This document shows, one piece after another, positions 1 through 9,759 of a stretch of 64,000 nt of DNA. Below the pieces are notes generated by a model that was not told the origin of the DNA, made no database searches, and saw only the letters and a list, made by a program, of their open reading frames with translations. Numbering within the stretch: position 1 is the stretch's first letter; each line of letters begins with the position of its first letter. This stretch comes from Candidatus Woesearchaeota archaeon (GTDB taxonomy: Archaea > Nanobdellota > Nanobdellia > SCGC-AAA011-G17 > UBA489), in the NCBI GenBank assembly GCA_016845225.1, contig JAERTB010000016.1:13923-77922 (forward strand). The letters are read 5' to 3'. Both the position numbers and the translations under genes were made by a program.

Positions 1-372
1 ATTTTTTTCTATTTTTACAACTTCTTTTTTTACTTCTTTTTCAACTTCTTTTCCAGAAATAGTTGGTTTCTTTTTTAATCTCATAAAAGAAAATAGTTTA
101 CTTATGAGCGTAAATTTTACTTCTTTTTCAACTTCAATTGGCCTCTGTTTTTCTTTATCATAGTAGGTCCATTCTAAGTCCTCATCTTTAGATTTTTTAG
201 TTTTCTTTTCTAGTTTTTTAATACTTGAAATTTCAAAGACAGAGAATCCAACCAGCATAACACCAATAGTTGCCGCAAATATGGCATAAACACTATTAGT
301 ATTTAGAAAATAGACTGAAGAAATAGTTGATATGATTCCTACTGTCAACAGAACGTAAAATAACCCCTTCAT
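1..372 (-). CDS. Hypothetical membrane protein with Lys/Glu-rich tail, partial (5' end at 372, runs off window start)
   Basis: Manual reverse-complement translation from ATG at 372 reads MKGLFYVLLTVGIISTISSVYFLNTNSVYAIFAATIGVMLVGFSVFEISSIKKLEKKTKK...KEVEKEVKKEVVKIEKN with no stop before position 1. It has one or two TM helices followed by a K/E-rich low-complexity region. It is not in the ORF track, presumably because it is incomplete. Confidence 0.35.
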   Translation of the reverse strand, partial: MKGLFYVLLTVGIISTISSVYFLNTNSVYAIFAATIGVMLVGFSVFEISSIKKLEKKTKKSKDEDLEWTYYDKEKQRPIEVEKEVKFTLISKLFSFMRLKKKPTISGKEVEKEVKKEVVKIEKN

Positions 373-432
373 CCTAATATTACACTCTCAAAATTATTTA
401 TAAACTGTTTGATAATCATAAAAATGCCAATT

Positions 433-1500
433 TTACTGTTCATAGTAAACTTTTAGATCATATGCACTTGTTTCTAAATTAGGATAAACAATATCATAAA
501 CTGGGGGACTCATAAACCCTTTTCTGTGATTAAGTGTATCTCCTCTAAGTTTAATTTTCATTTCAACTCTAGATTCTCCTAATAGGGCATTGGATTCTGA
601 ATATCCATAATAACCAGTTTCAAAAGTATTTCCCATTGTTATATCTGGAAGTATAATCGCTAACCCTTTAGTGGTTTTTTCACTTGTTGGATTACTCGCA
701 AGAACCAACCAATTAAATCCAATTGTTCTATTATTCACTCCGTAGGTTCCCCACGAACTACTACTCACATGCTGACGATACATAGTAGTCAGTGGGTTAG
801 TATAACTAATCATATCATCAAATTCAAGTTCTTTAGTTAATGTTTGAGCACTTCCTTTAGTTTCAAAATTGATAGTTACACAATTAGCAGGAGTTCCACA
901 ATTTGCACCAGGAATTCCTCCACTCAATTCTTCAACCTCAAAAGGAAACATATTGCCGTAAACATAAGTAAAATTAATTTCTTCAGTATTTGTAATATTA
1001 AATCCATTTAAGTAAATCATATTATACGGATGAGAAACATATTCTATATACATATTTGGAGAATTTTTTAAATAATATCTAGAAGATTTAACTTGGCCAG
1101 CATCACTTAATATCAAGTCACTCTCTCCAAAAAGAGGAAAATTACTAAAATTAACATAGCCTTGTTCATTTAATCGACTATTAAAAATATTCAATTGTTT
1201 TCTTATCTCGTTTTTTTCAATTAAACTTTCATCAGCAAATAAAGCATCAATAATGATGCTATCATTTGAAAAAGAAATATCGAATGAATCTTTTCCAAGA
1301 GCGTCATTCATTTTGCTAATGCTTTTAGAAATGGATTTGTCCAAATTATAAAATCTTTCACTTTCAATAAACTCTTTAATTCTATTTTCTGAAGTTTCAG
1401 AATTATTCAAAATAACTCCTGCAAAAGAAAGTACAGTCAAACTAACAAAAACTAAACCCAGCGTCAATAAAATTCCTTTTTTTGATTTCATTGAAGCCAT
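433..1500 (-). CDS. Class III signal peptide (archaeal type IV pilin-like) protein, 355 aa; large extracellular domain, possible pilus adhesin
   Basis: The N-terminus MASMKSKKG|ILLTLGLVFVSLTVL has the basic-Gly cleavage motif followed by a hydrophobic helix. It is the last gene of six tightly overlapping pilin-like genes on the same strand. Confidence 0.55.
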   Translation of the reverse strand: MASMKSKKGILLTLGLVFVSLTVLSFAGVILNNSETSENRIKEFIESERFYNLDKSISKSISKMNDALGKDSFDISFSNDSIIIDALFADESLIEKNEIRKQLNIFNSRLNEQGYVNFSNFPLFGESDLILSDAGQVKSSRYYLKNSPNMYIEYVSHPYNMIYLNGFNITNTEEINFTYVYGNMFPFEVEELSGGIPGANCGTPANCVTINFETKGSAQTLTKELEFDDMISYTNPLTTMYRQHVSSSSWGTYGVNNRTIGFNWLVLASNPTSEKTTKGLAIILPDITMGNTFETGYYGYSESNALLGESRVEMKIKLRGDTLNHRKGFMSPPVYDIVYPNLETSAYDLKVYYEQ

Positions 1501-2267
1501 ATTCTAAACCTCGCCTTATGCATTCCTTCAAAATATTCTCTAGAATCGTCATCAAAACCTGCATACCATCTTTCTCCGGATCCAATAAACTGGTCGTCAG
1601 GAATTTCTGCTTCAGTTCTTGTGGAGATAGTATATGCCGGATCGTCTAAAACCTTCAACCAATTAACTTGGAAGTTATTTGTTCCGTCAGCTATAACGTT
1701 TAATAAGCTAACTCCTGTAGTAAATGGTACTGGAACAGTTGTAGTGTAAGTACAATCTACATCATTTATGCCTTTAGAAGCACAAATTGAAGTCATAGAG
1801 TATTGAGTTCCTCCAAGACCAATTCCTAATGAGGGAGTTCTAGATGGAGCATTTGTTATTTTAGCATTAACTTGCACATGTAAATTCCCTCCACTAACTA
1901 AAGAGAGAGTATTAATTGAAGTTTTAAGGTTCGAACTACTAAGTGCACAATCTCCTCCACTACAAACATTTCTTGCACCATCATGGAAATCAATACTCAT
2001 GTTGTATCCTGAAGGTAAAAAATCATAAACATTAATATCTGCAAAATTTTCATTTCTTAAAGCATCATCTAACTGTCCACTTTCATCAAACATTGAAATC
2101 ACATCATAACCTCTTTTAATGACCTGAGTTTGTGAAAGGGACTCTCTTGACGTGCTAGTAAAATAGTATGTAGTATTTACAAGCATAATTAGAATAACTG
2201 TTGCTGCAATAGCTCCATCTAAGGCAAAGATTATTCCTTTCTTTTTTCTTAATGGTCTAAGGTTCAT
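1488..2267 (-). CDS. Class III signal peptide (archaeal type IV pilin-like) protein, 259 aa
   Basis: The N-terminus MNLRPLRKKKG|IIFALDGAIAATVILIMLV is a prepilin-type signal. It overlaps its neighbours by 13 and 4 nt, which indicates an operon. Confidence 0.6.
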   Translation of the reverse strand: MNLRPLRKKKGIIFALDGAIAATVILIMLVNTTYYFTSTSRESLSQTQVIKRGYDVISMFDESGQLDDALRNENFADINVYDFLPSGYNMSIDFHDGARNVCSGGDCALSSSNLKTSINTLSLVSGGNLHVQVNAKITNAPSRTPSLGIGLGGTQYSMTSICASKGINDVDCTYTTTVPVPFTTGVSLLNVIADGTNNFQVNWLKVLDDPAYTISTRTEAEIPDDQFIGSGERWYAGFDDDSREYFEGMHKARFRIWLQ

Positions 2268-2824
2268 TGACTAAGTAACACCTCAACAGTCCCATAAACA
2301 TAAGCTGCTCCAGGAGTAGGTTCATACATAACATCTCTTGCAAGATTAACTGAGAATTTTCCTCCTCCACTCATTTTTCCAACTGAAAAAACAACATCAC
2401 TATTCGCATCTTTAATTCTTAAACCAAAATCATATTGGCCTGCATGAAATACTTCCTTTATCTCATCTTCCCCAAAAGCCACGAGGGCAGTAATTTTATC
2501 ATAAGGGATTTTATATTCCTCATCAATTATTCCTATGAAATCAATAGCATCAGAATTAGCTCCTTGTTCTAAAACCAAATAGTCCCAATTATCCGGACTT
2601 CCTGGAGTCTTTAACAACATATCAGATACTTGAAAAGTTTTAACCACAATATCGTCATGATCCATTCGGTTAATTAATCTAATATGGTAAAGGTTCCAAA
2701 GAACAGAAGTAATTGTAATCAACACAATAAATATTCCAATAGCTACAAATAAATCTGTTATTGCGGCCTGTCCTTTTTTTCTTTTGTACATATTAATAAT
2801 CTCCAACAATATAATATTCCACAT
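2264..2824 (-). CDS. Class III signal peptide (archaeal type IV pilin-like) protein, 186 aa
   Basis: The N-terminus MYKRKKGQ|AAITDLFVAIGIFIVLITITSV is a canonical K-G-Q motif plus hydrophobic segment of archaeal prepilins. Confidence 0.65.
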   Translation of the reverse strand: MWNIILLEIINMYKRKKGQAAITDLFVAIGIFIVLITITSVLWNLYHIRLINRMDHDDIVVKTFQVSDMLLKTPGSPDNWDYLVLEQGANSDAIDFIGIIDEEYKIPYDKITALVAFGEDEIKEVFHAGQYDFGLRIKDANSDVVFSVGKMSGGGKFSVNLARDVMYEPTPGAAYVYGTVEVLLSQ

Positions 2825-3503
2825 CTAAAACTTTAACATTAGATTCTAAGTTTATACTTTCAACACTAGTTTTTGCTTGAACTGTGTGTTCTCCAAAAGA
2901 ACTAAACGCTCCAGTAAATTGTAACTCCTCTTCATTAACAAACACAGTTATAACTTCTTCAAAATCTAAATAAATTTTAGTATTTTCATCAAAATATTTT
3001 CCAATAACTACAAAATCAACCTCTTCATTTTCAATAGTTGGCATCCCACCTTGACCTATTGCAGGCACAGGGATTTTAGCAGGGTTGGGATTAACTGTTA
3101 AAATTTCTGGAGCATTGCCAAAGAAAAGTCCATCAGTTGTTTTGATTATCTGAATAATTCCTTCACCTGCACTATCGTCTTCTACAGTTGGCAGTATAGG
3201 CACAGTAATTTCATCTCCCCCAGGAGTTTCAACAGATATTTCATTTTCCACTATTTGATAATCATAATCAGAAGTCACCTTCAATGAGTTTCCAATCCCT
3301 AAATTAGAAACAGTAAATAAAGCATTGGATAATTCAACAGCAGTTTGTACTCTACTTTCAACACCCATTCTTTCATTAAGGTTGTTCATCATAGTCCCAA
3401 TTAGGGGAATAGTTACAATTAACACAAGTCCAACTATTATCAAAACTTCTATTGATCCTCCTTGTCCTTTTTTATTAAATAACACTTTATGAAATTGCCG
3501 CAA
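2793..3503 (-). CDS. Class III signal peptide (archaeal type IV pilin-like) protein, 236 aa
   Basis: The N-terminus ...LFNKKGQGGSIEVLIIVGLVLIVTIPLIG is prepilin-like, and the gene overlaps its neighbours. Confidence 0.6.
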   Translation of the reverse strand: MRQFHKVLFNKKGQGGSIEVLIIVGLVLIVTIPLIGTMMNNLNERMGVESRVQTAVELSNALFTVSNLGIGNSLKVTSDYDYQIVENEISVETPGGDEITVPILPTVEDDSAGEGIIQIIKTTDGLFFGNAPEILTVNPNPAKIPVPAIGQGGMPTIENEEVDFVVIGKYFDENTKIYLDFEEVITVFVNEEELQFTGAFSSFGEHTVQAKTSVESINLESNVKVLDVEYYIVGDY

Positions 3504-3903
3504 TACTCAAGACTCCTTCATTATTACTCACTGTAAACTCCTCACCCATTAAAACATAATTTGCCTTATCAAGGACACCATTAAAAGAACAAATAATTTC
3601 AATTTCACTAGGTCCTCCATCCATCCTGTCTCCCAAAATAATTAATCCAGAGTTTAAAATATTTAATTTATGGCGTGTCTTAAACCAAGATTCATAACCA
3701 TCTCCTAATGTAGCAACTCTTTCCAATGCATTGGACACCATAACACAATCATTTTTCTTTTGTACAGTTTCCCTAGTTCTTTCAACATCTAATTTTTTTG
3801 TGAAAGTTACAGAACTAAGCATAATAAATATCAATAATAAAACACCGACAGAATACATAATCTCGATACTTATCTGGCCTTTTTTTCTCAAATTCATTAC
3901 CAT
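3487..3903 (-). CDS. Class III signal peptide (archaeal type IV pilin-like) protein, 138 aa
   Basis: The N-terminus MVMNLRKKGQ|ISIEIMYSVGVLLLIFIML is prepilin-like. Confidence 0.6.
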   Translation of the reverse strand: MVMNLRKKGQISIEIMYSVGVLLLIFIMLSSVTFTKKLDVERTRETVQKKNDCVMVSNALERVATLGDGYESWFKTRHKLNILNSGLIILGDRMDGGPSEIEIICSFNGVLDKANYVLMGEEFTVSNNEGVLSIAAIS

Positions 3904-4319
3904 GATATGTCCACCGCACTTTCATTTACACTCTTAACCTTAAGATGGTAAGTTCCAGAGTCAGAAGGAATTGTTCCATAAATTAGAGGTTTAACTCCTG
4001 CATGAATATCTGAAATTCCTCCTGCAAATTCAATCTGTAATAAAATCTCACTTGCACCTGTCGCCACATCATTAACCAACGCAGCAGTCTTAATTCCCTT
4101 AGGAGCAGTAATCACCACAATTTCCATAGAATCTGGGCCCATGGAATGAACAGCATCTACGGCTTTAGACAACCTACTAACATAACTTTCCAATTGGCTA
4201 TCTCTAATTGCATTATTAGTTTCAACAGTGGAATAATGCACTAAAGGAATAAGAAAAAATAATAGAAGTCCAGTTAGGATAACATATTCTATTCCTGCCT
4301 GTCCTCTTTTTTTCACCAT
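3897..4319 (-). CDS. Class III signal peptide (archaeal type IV pilin-like) protein, 140 aa; first gene of pilin operon
   Basis: The N-terminus MVKKRGQ|AGIEYVILTGLLLFFLIPLV is a textbook archaeal prepilin signal. An AT-rich promoter region lies upstream at 4320-4430. Confidence 0.65.
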   Translation of the reverse strand: MVKKRGQAGIEYVILTGLLLFFLIPLVHYSTVETNNAIRDSQLESYVSRLSKAVDAVHSMGPDSMEIVVITAPKGIKTAALVNDVATGASEILLQIEFAGGISDIHAGVKPLIYGTIPSDSGTYHLKVKSVNESAVDISW

Positions 4320-4472
4320 CTCTTCTAATTTGTAATTAAATCTATAAAAGTTTTTTCTTAATAAATAACCTTTAAATTTTAACAGTTTAAGCGTTTTTCT
4401 CTTAAATTAAATTAATAGAAAATAATATAAGTGTCCTACATTTCTTATTTCAAAACTATGGAGGTGTTTTTA

Positions 4473-4628
4473 ATGAAATGCGATTGTCCAAAATGGTGTA
4501 ATTGGTTACTTCTAATTGCAGGTATACTATATGTTGCTGGAGATTTAGGCTATGGTCCTGGTCTTTGGGGAATTAACGTATGGCATTTCCTTGTATTATT
4601 ATGGGGAATAGTTAAAGTAGCTAAATAA
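4473..4628 (+). CDS. Small membrane protein (51 aa) with CDCPKWC motif
   Basis: The start is ATG at 4473, preceded by GGAGGTG six nt upstream (Shine-Dalgarno-like). The sequence MKCDCPKWCNWLLLIAGILYVAGDLGYGPGLWGINVWHFLVLLWGIVKVAK has one or two TM helices. It is followed by a hairpin plus T-run terminator. The ORF track gives a longer version from 4431. Confidence 0.4.
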   Translation: MKCDCPKWCNWLLLIAGILYVAGDLGYGPGLWGINVWHFLVLLWGIVKVAK

Positions 4629-4641
4629 AACTAATAGTTTT

Positions 4642-4674
4642 AAGGAAATGGGCTCTGGTCCATTTTCCTTTTTT
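4642..4674. terminator. Bidirectional intrinsic-terminator-like hairpin between convergent genes
   Basis: AAGGAAATGG-gctctggt-CCATTTTCCTT forms a 10-bp stem with one bulge, followed by TTTT. It sits between the stops of 4473..4628 (+) and 4673..5371 (-). Confidence 0.4.
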
Positions 4675-5371
4675 ATATTTCTAAATTTTTAAATTTTCCA
4701 AAATTATATACTTTATCTTCTATGATAAAAATTTCAAAATCTTTTATTCCGTTTTCTAAGTAAGGGCTAAGAAATTTCTCCTGCCTTATATCTGAACCAA
4801 CAGCAAGAGAACTAAAAGAAGGTATCACAATTAAATTTTTTCTTTTCCATTTTCCTTTTAAGAAACATTTAAATTTTTCTCCAGGTTTTTCAACAAAACT
4901 AATTGAAGGATGTTCATGTCCAATGATAATTGTTTTTTCTTTACAATTAAATAATTTATCTCCATGAACAATGAATAAATCATCTAAAATAAACTTTTCA
5001 ACAAAACTAACTTTTTTGCCATAATTTTTAATGATTGGTTCAAGTAACACATCATGATTTCCCTTAACAATAACAACCACATAAGATTTAATTAACTCAT
5101 CAAGCATTCTTGTTATTGAAGACCACTCTTGTTTTGAAATTCTACCGAATTCATGCTTTATATCGCCATTAAACACAATTCTCTTTAAATCACCACATTT
5201 AGAAATAGTATTATTTATTCTTTCTAAAGCATCTTCTGTTTGAAATCTTGGAATCATTACTCCTTTTTTATTCAAATATTCTTCGTAACCAAATTGAAGA
5301 TCTCCAATTATAAGAGTATCTTTGTATTTCAAACCCAAATCAATTATCTCTAAATTCTTTTGAATTTTCAT
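4673..5371 (-). CDS. Calcineurin-like metallophosphoesterase
   Basis: The motifs GDLQFG (GDxxxG-like), NGDIKHEFG, GNHD and GHEHP match the metallophosphoesterase motif set. Confidence 0.7.
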   Translation of the reverse strand: MKIQKNLEIIDLGLKYKDTLIIGDLQFGYEEYLNKKGVMIPRFQTEDALERINNTISKCGDLKRIVFNGDIKHEFGRISKQEWSSITRMLDELIKSYVVVIVKGNHDVLLEPIIKNYGKKVSFVEKFILDDLFIVHGDKLFNCKEKTIIIGHEHPSISFVEKPGEKFKCFLKGKWKRKNLIVIPSFSSLAVGSDIRQEKFLSPYLENGIKDFEIFIIEDKVYNFGKFKNLEI

Positions 5372-5378
5372 TCTAAAA

Positions 5379-7052
5379 TTACATTTCTTCAGGAGCTTTA
5401 ATTCCCAATAAATTCAAACCAGAATCAATAACAATCCTAACATTATCTACCAATAAAATTCTTAGTTTCAACAATTCTTCTTCACTACCAATTATTTTAT
5501 GTTTTGCATAGAAACTATTAAACAATCCACATAAATCTAACAAATATCTTGCAATAACCGAAGGTTTATACTGTTTTGCAGCCTGATCAATCACATTTTC
5601 AAAATTTCCAAGATGTTTAATTAACTTTAATTCTTCTTCACTAGTGATCTTATTCCATTTCAATCCTGTTTTTTTAATTTTAATTTCTGATTTTTTAAGA
5701 ACAGAACAACATCTTGCATGGGTATATTGTACGTAAGGTCCACTCTCTCCCTCAAAATTTAAAATTCTATCCCAGTCAAACTCAACATCCTTAACTCTAT
5801 CACTACTAAGATCTCCAAAGATTATTGCTCCAATTCCTACCATCTTTGCAACTTCGTCTTTATTTTTTAGTTTTGGATTCTTTTCAGAGATTATTTTTTT
5901 TGCAAGTTCAATTCCTTTATCTAAAACATCTTCTAAAAATATAATATTTCCTTTTCTTGTAGACATTCCTAAGAAGTGTCCGAAGTCCACGTGTTCAAAC
6001 TTAGACTCGTCATGACCCATTTTACCTAAAACACTAAAAAGTTGCTTAAAATGCAGTTTTTGTGGCGCTCCAACTATGTATAGTAACTTATCTGCTTTGT
6101 ATTTCTTTAATCTGTAAAGTGCAGCTGCCAAATCCCTCGTATGGTAAGTAGATGATCCATTACTTTTCTTTAACATAAAAGGAGGCATCTTTTCTAATTC
6201 AACAACTAATGCCTCGTCACTTATTTCAGTTTTAACTTTTTTCTCAAGTGCTTTAATTGCAGCATCCATCTTATCATTATAGAAAGATTCTCCGTCATTA
6301 GAATCAAACTTAATATTTAATTCAGCATAATACTCTTCAAATTCTTTCAATGAAAGTTCTTTGAACATTTCCCAAATGCCTAGGCTTTTTTTATTTCCAT
6401 TTTCTAATTTTTTGAATTCTTCTCTTGCTTCTTCATCCAAATCTGGATTTATTTTTGCTTCATCATGAAATTTAACATAAATGTCTAATAAATGTTTAAT
6501 TGGGTCTTTTTTTAATTTCTTTTCTTCTCCCCAGTTTTCATAAGCGACAATTAGTTTTCCAAACTGAGTTCCCCAATCCCCTAGATGATTAACCCCTATA
6601 CAATTATATCCTCTAAATTTTAATATTCTATAAATTGAATTTCCAATAACTGTACTTCTCAAGTGTCCAATCCCAAAAGGTTTTGCAATATTTGGAGAAG
6701 AATAATCCATCACAACAGTTTTTCCTTTACCTTCATTTGCAGATCCATAACACTCTTTACTTTTACTTATTTCACTAAGTACATTTTGTACAACATTTTC
6801 AGACTTAATAAAAAAGTTAAGATAGGCTCCTTTAGTTTCAATTTTTTCAATAAAATCTAATTTAATTTCTTTAGAAAGTTCTTTAGCAAGTTCATTTGGT
6901 TTCTTTCCACTTTTTGAAGCAAATTTAAAGCAAGGAAATGCATAATCTCCTAAAGAATACTCTGGTGGAACTTCTAAAGCTTCAACTACTTCTTTTTTAG
7001 TTACCTTAAGACTCTTTGAAACAGTCTTTGCAATCTCATCTCCAAAATTCAT
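5379..7052 (-). CDS. argS: Arginine--tRNA ligase
   Basis: A class I aaRS with SSPNIAKPFGIGHLRS (the HIGH-equivalent region of ArgS) and GMSTRKG (KMSKS-like). The 557-aa length is typical of ArgS. Confidence 0.9.
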   Translation of the reverse strand: MNFGDEIAKTVSKSLKVTKKEVVEALEVPPEYSLGDYAFPCFKFASKSGKKPNELAKELSKEIKLDFIEKIETKGAYLNFFIKSENVVQNVLSEISKSKECYGSANEGKGKTVVMDYSSPNIAKPFGIGHLRSTVIGNSIYRILKFRGYNCIGVNHLGDWGTQFGKLIVAYENWGEEKKLKKDPIKHLLDIYVKFHDEAKINPDLDEEAREEFKKLENGNKKSLGIWEMFKELSLKEFEEYYAELNIKFDSNDGESFYNDKMDAAIKALEKKVKTEISDEALVVELEKMPPFMLKKSNGSSTYHTRDLAAALYRLKKYKADKLLYIVGAPQKLHFKQLFSVLGKMGHDESKFEHVDFGHFLGMSTRKGNIIFLEDVLDKGIELAKKIISEKNPKLKNKDEVAKMVGIGAIIFGDLSSDRVKDVEFDWDRILNFEGESGPYVQYTHARCCSVLKKSEIKIKKTGLKWNKITSEEELKLIKHLGNFENVIDQAAKQYKPSVIARYLLDLCGLFNSFYAKHKIIGSEEELLKLRILLVDNVRIVIDSGLNLLGIKAPEEM

Positions 7053-7092
7053 AAAAAAAGGTTCACAGAATTAGGTTATATAGTTTTCTGAA

Positions 7093-7911
7093 TTAGTTCA
7101 AAACTGAGATAGCTGGTTTCATACTATTCCAATTTTTATCAAACATTCCTTGCATTGCAGAAGCAAAATAAGGGGTTTGCACCCATACTCCTACATCATA
7201 AGTAGGATGAACTTCTTCATCATTCATAACCATAAACATTAAATCTTTATTGTCTACTATACAAAATCTTGATTTAACATCTGCAGTATGCCTGACTTCT
7301 GCAACCTTTGAAACACTACTAATTGATTTTTCAGCATCTTTTGTTACGGGGGCAGCAATTCTAATTTCAACACCTTTCTTTTTTAATCTATTAAATTCAG
7401 GTTTTAATGCTTCTATTTTTCTCATAACTCCTTTAGATGAAGTCATAATCACTACAGATTTTTCTGCTTCCTTAACCATTGCTTCAAGATGTGTGTAAAT
7501 ATTATGTCTTCCCCTTAGTGCACCAGCAAGATCGCTAGGTTCTACAAAATCAACTCCTTGGTTGTGCAATGCATCTAATTCTTCAAGAACTTCTCCACCC
7601 TTAAGGTTATCAAGTCTTTTTATTCTGTCAACAGTTTCATTGCTAACATATTTTTTAACTTTTTCAATAACTCCTTTTGGTTCAATTGCTAAATACTTGA
7701 TAGGTTTACCAAGTTTCATAATAATAAATCCTTTTTTTTCTAGTGATTCTAGAACATCATACGCTCTTGATCTTGGAACATCTCCAATATCACTAAGTTC
7801 ACCAGCAGTAGAAACTCCACGAGAAAGAAGTGCAGTCCATATTTTTGCTTCATATAAGTTAAGTCCAAATAGGCTTCTTATTTTACTTAAAAATTCTTCT
7901 TTGACAATCAT
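7093..7911 (-). CDS. TrmB-family transcriptional regulator
   Basis: The N-terminal winged HTH YEAKIWTALLSRGVSTAGELSDIGDVPRSRAYDVLESLEKKGFI matches the TrmB N-terminal domain, and there is a C-terminal sensor-like domain. Confidence 0.7.
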   Translation of the reverse strand: MIVKEEFLSKIRSLFGLNLYEAKIWTALLSRGVSTAGELSDIGDVPRSRAYDVLESLEKKGFIIMKLGKPIKYLAIEPKGVIEKVKKYVSNETVDRIKRLDNLKGGEVLEELDALHNQGVDFVEPSDLAGALRGRHNIYTHLEAMVKEAEKSVVIMTSSKGVMRKIEALKPEFNRLKKKGVEIRIAAPVTKDAEKSISSVSKVAEVRHTADVKSRFCIVDNKDLMFMVMNDEEVHPTYDVGVWVQTPYFASAMQGMFDKNWNSMKPAISVLN

Positions 7912-8042
7912 TTTAAATTATCTCCATAGTTTAAACAATGAAAAATGATTACTCACCCTTCCCTCTTTTTTGTTAAACACTGGTTTAGTTATAAATGAAT
8001 ATTACTCCATGCTAGTATATAAGTATTGTTATTTTTAAGTTG

Positions 8043-9719
8043 TTATTTGTTTTGACTATTGTAAAGTGTCTTCACATTATCAATAAAAGAAATTTCACTT
8101 AAGGGTTTGTCATATCTTATTTGAATTATTCTAGGAAATCTTAATGCATAACCAGAAGTATATGTTGGACTTTCTTGTATTTCTTCATAAGAAACTTCCA
8201 CAACAATTTTAGGTTTTACTCTTACTTCTTTTCCATTTTCAGAAATTATTAATTTTGTTAATTCATTAGTTATGTTTTCAAAACTATTTAAGTTTCCTTC
8301 TTCTGGTTTTTCCTTTAACCCTGTTGAAACTTTTCCAACTTCTAAATATTCATCTCCTTGCTTACATGCAACAGTAAATGAAGTTAGCCACTTAGCACGT
8401 TTACCTTCTCCCCATTCAGATTTAACAACAACTAAGTCTAATGAATCCATTACTTCTTTTAGTTTAGCCATGTAACCTACATATCTTCCTGGCCTGTAGG
8501 GCGAATCTAAAGCTTTAAACATGATTCCTTCATGTCCATCTTTCAACGATTTCTTAAAGAATTTTTCAACTTTTTTCTCATCATCAGTTATTATTAATTC
8601 AGATAAAACAATTTTCTTTTTACTTTGTTTTACAATCTTTTCTAATTGTTTTCTTCTATCTTCAAAATCAGTCTCAGTTAAGTCTTTACCATCACAAGAG
8701 ATTAAATCAAATGCATTTATTTCAACAGGAAATTCTTTTGCAGTTTTTTCAGTATCATATTTTCTTTTAATTCTCTGAGATATTTTTTGAAATGGTAAAT
8801 ACTTTTCACTTTTAACATCATAACCAACAACTTCACAATCAACAATGTATTTTTTAGCATTAATAAAATTCTTTGAGTTTTCTACAACATCTGGAAATTG
8901 TTCAGTAACTTCTTCCATGTTTCTTGTAAATAATCTTATTTCTTTACCATCATTGTGAATTTGCATTCTAAATCCATCGTATTTAAATTCCAAAGCGGCA
9001 GGAGAACCAACAGCAGAAAATCCTTCAGGTATACTTTTAGAAAGTACTGCAAGCATTAGTTTCAAAGGCCTTCCTGCCTTTATTTTAACGCTTTTTAGTT
9101 TATTTTTTTTAGCAAGAATTGCCACCTCTCCATAATCTGCAAGCACATTAGATGCATGATCTACGTCATCACTTTCAACATCAAATGCTTGTGTAATAGA
9201 ATCTCTAATTATTCCATCAGCAATTCCAATTCTTAAAACTTCTAATACAGTTCTTGAGACGTATTTAGCCTCATCAGGACTAGCACTACTAAGTAACTCT
9301 GCAACATAACCTATTTTTCTATCAACACTTCCAGAGCCTTCCATTTCTGCAAGTTTTCTTAAATTTTCAACAACTTTCTTAATAGTTAATACTTCACTAA
9401 AAAGTGTTTTTTGAGTTTTCTTTTTTGAAAAATTAGCAGTTACGTCTCCTAAATCTCCAACTTTATTCATTTCAATTTCAATTTCTTGAGAACTACTTCC
9501 AGTAGATGAACCGATTGCCTTAATCAATAATTTAGAAGAAAATCCTATTTTTCTTGGATCCCAACTAGGAAATACTCTCCCATTTAACAAATAAACAATA
9601 TTTTCTAAATCATTTTCATCTGCTTTTTTTAAAAATTCAGAAATAATCTTGGTCTTTTCCAATCTTTTACTAGTATTGCCTATTTCTTCATAGACTTTAA
9701 CTAACTCTTTATACTCCAT
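8043..9719 (-). CDS. lig: ATP-dependent DNA ligase
   Basis: The KxDGxR adenylation motif is present as EFKYDGFRMQIH. The 558-aa length is typical of archaeal Lig, and OB-fold-region motifs are present. Confidence 0.9.
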   Translation of the reverse strand: MEYKELVKVYEEIGNTSKRLEKTKIISEFLKKADENDLENIVYLLNGRVFPSWDPRKIGFSSKLLIKAIGSSTGSSSQEIEIEMNKVGDLGDVTANFSKKKTQKTLFSEVLTIKKVVENLRKLAEMEGSGSVDRKIGYVAELLSSASPDEAKYVSRTVLEVLRIGIADGIIRDSITQAFDVESDDVDHASNVLADYGEVAILAKKNKLKSVKIKAGRPLKLMLAVLSKSIPEGFSAVGSPAALEFKYDGFRMQIHNDGKEIRLFTRNMEEVTEQFPDVVENSKNFINAKKYIVDCEVVGYDVKSEKYLPFQKISQRIKRKYDTEKTAKEFPVEINAFDLISCDGKDLTETDFEDRRKQLEKIVKQSKKKIVLSELIITDDEKKVEKFFKKSLKDGHEGIMFKALDSPYRPGRYVGYMAKLKEVMDSLDLVVVKSEWGEGKRAKWLTSFTVACKQGDEYLEVGKVSTGLKEKPEEGNLNSFENITNELTKLIISENGKEVRVKPKIVVEVSYEEIQESPTYTSGYALRFPRIIQIRYDKPLSEISFIDNVKTLYNSQNK

Positions 9720-9759
9720 GGGAAAACTTAAATAAATCAGAGATATAAAGGTTTCTTAG

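Noticed and set aside
6663-8778. Short ORFs antisense to argS, the TrmB regulator and lig (6663..6860, 7250..7498, 7562..7948, 8272..8475, 8521..8778)
   Set aside because: They lie entirely inside well-supported conserved genes on the opposite strand, have low-complexity Ser/Phe/Leu-rich translations, and have no start context. They are shadow ORFs typical of AT-rich DNA.
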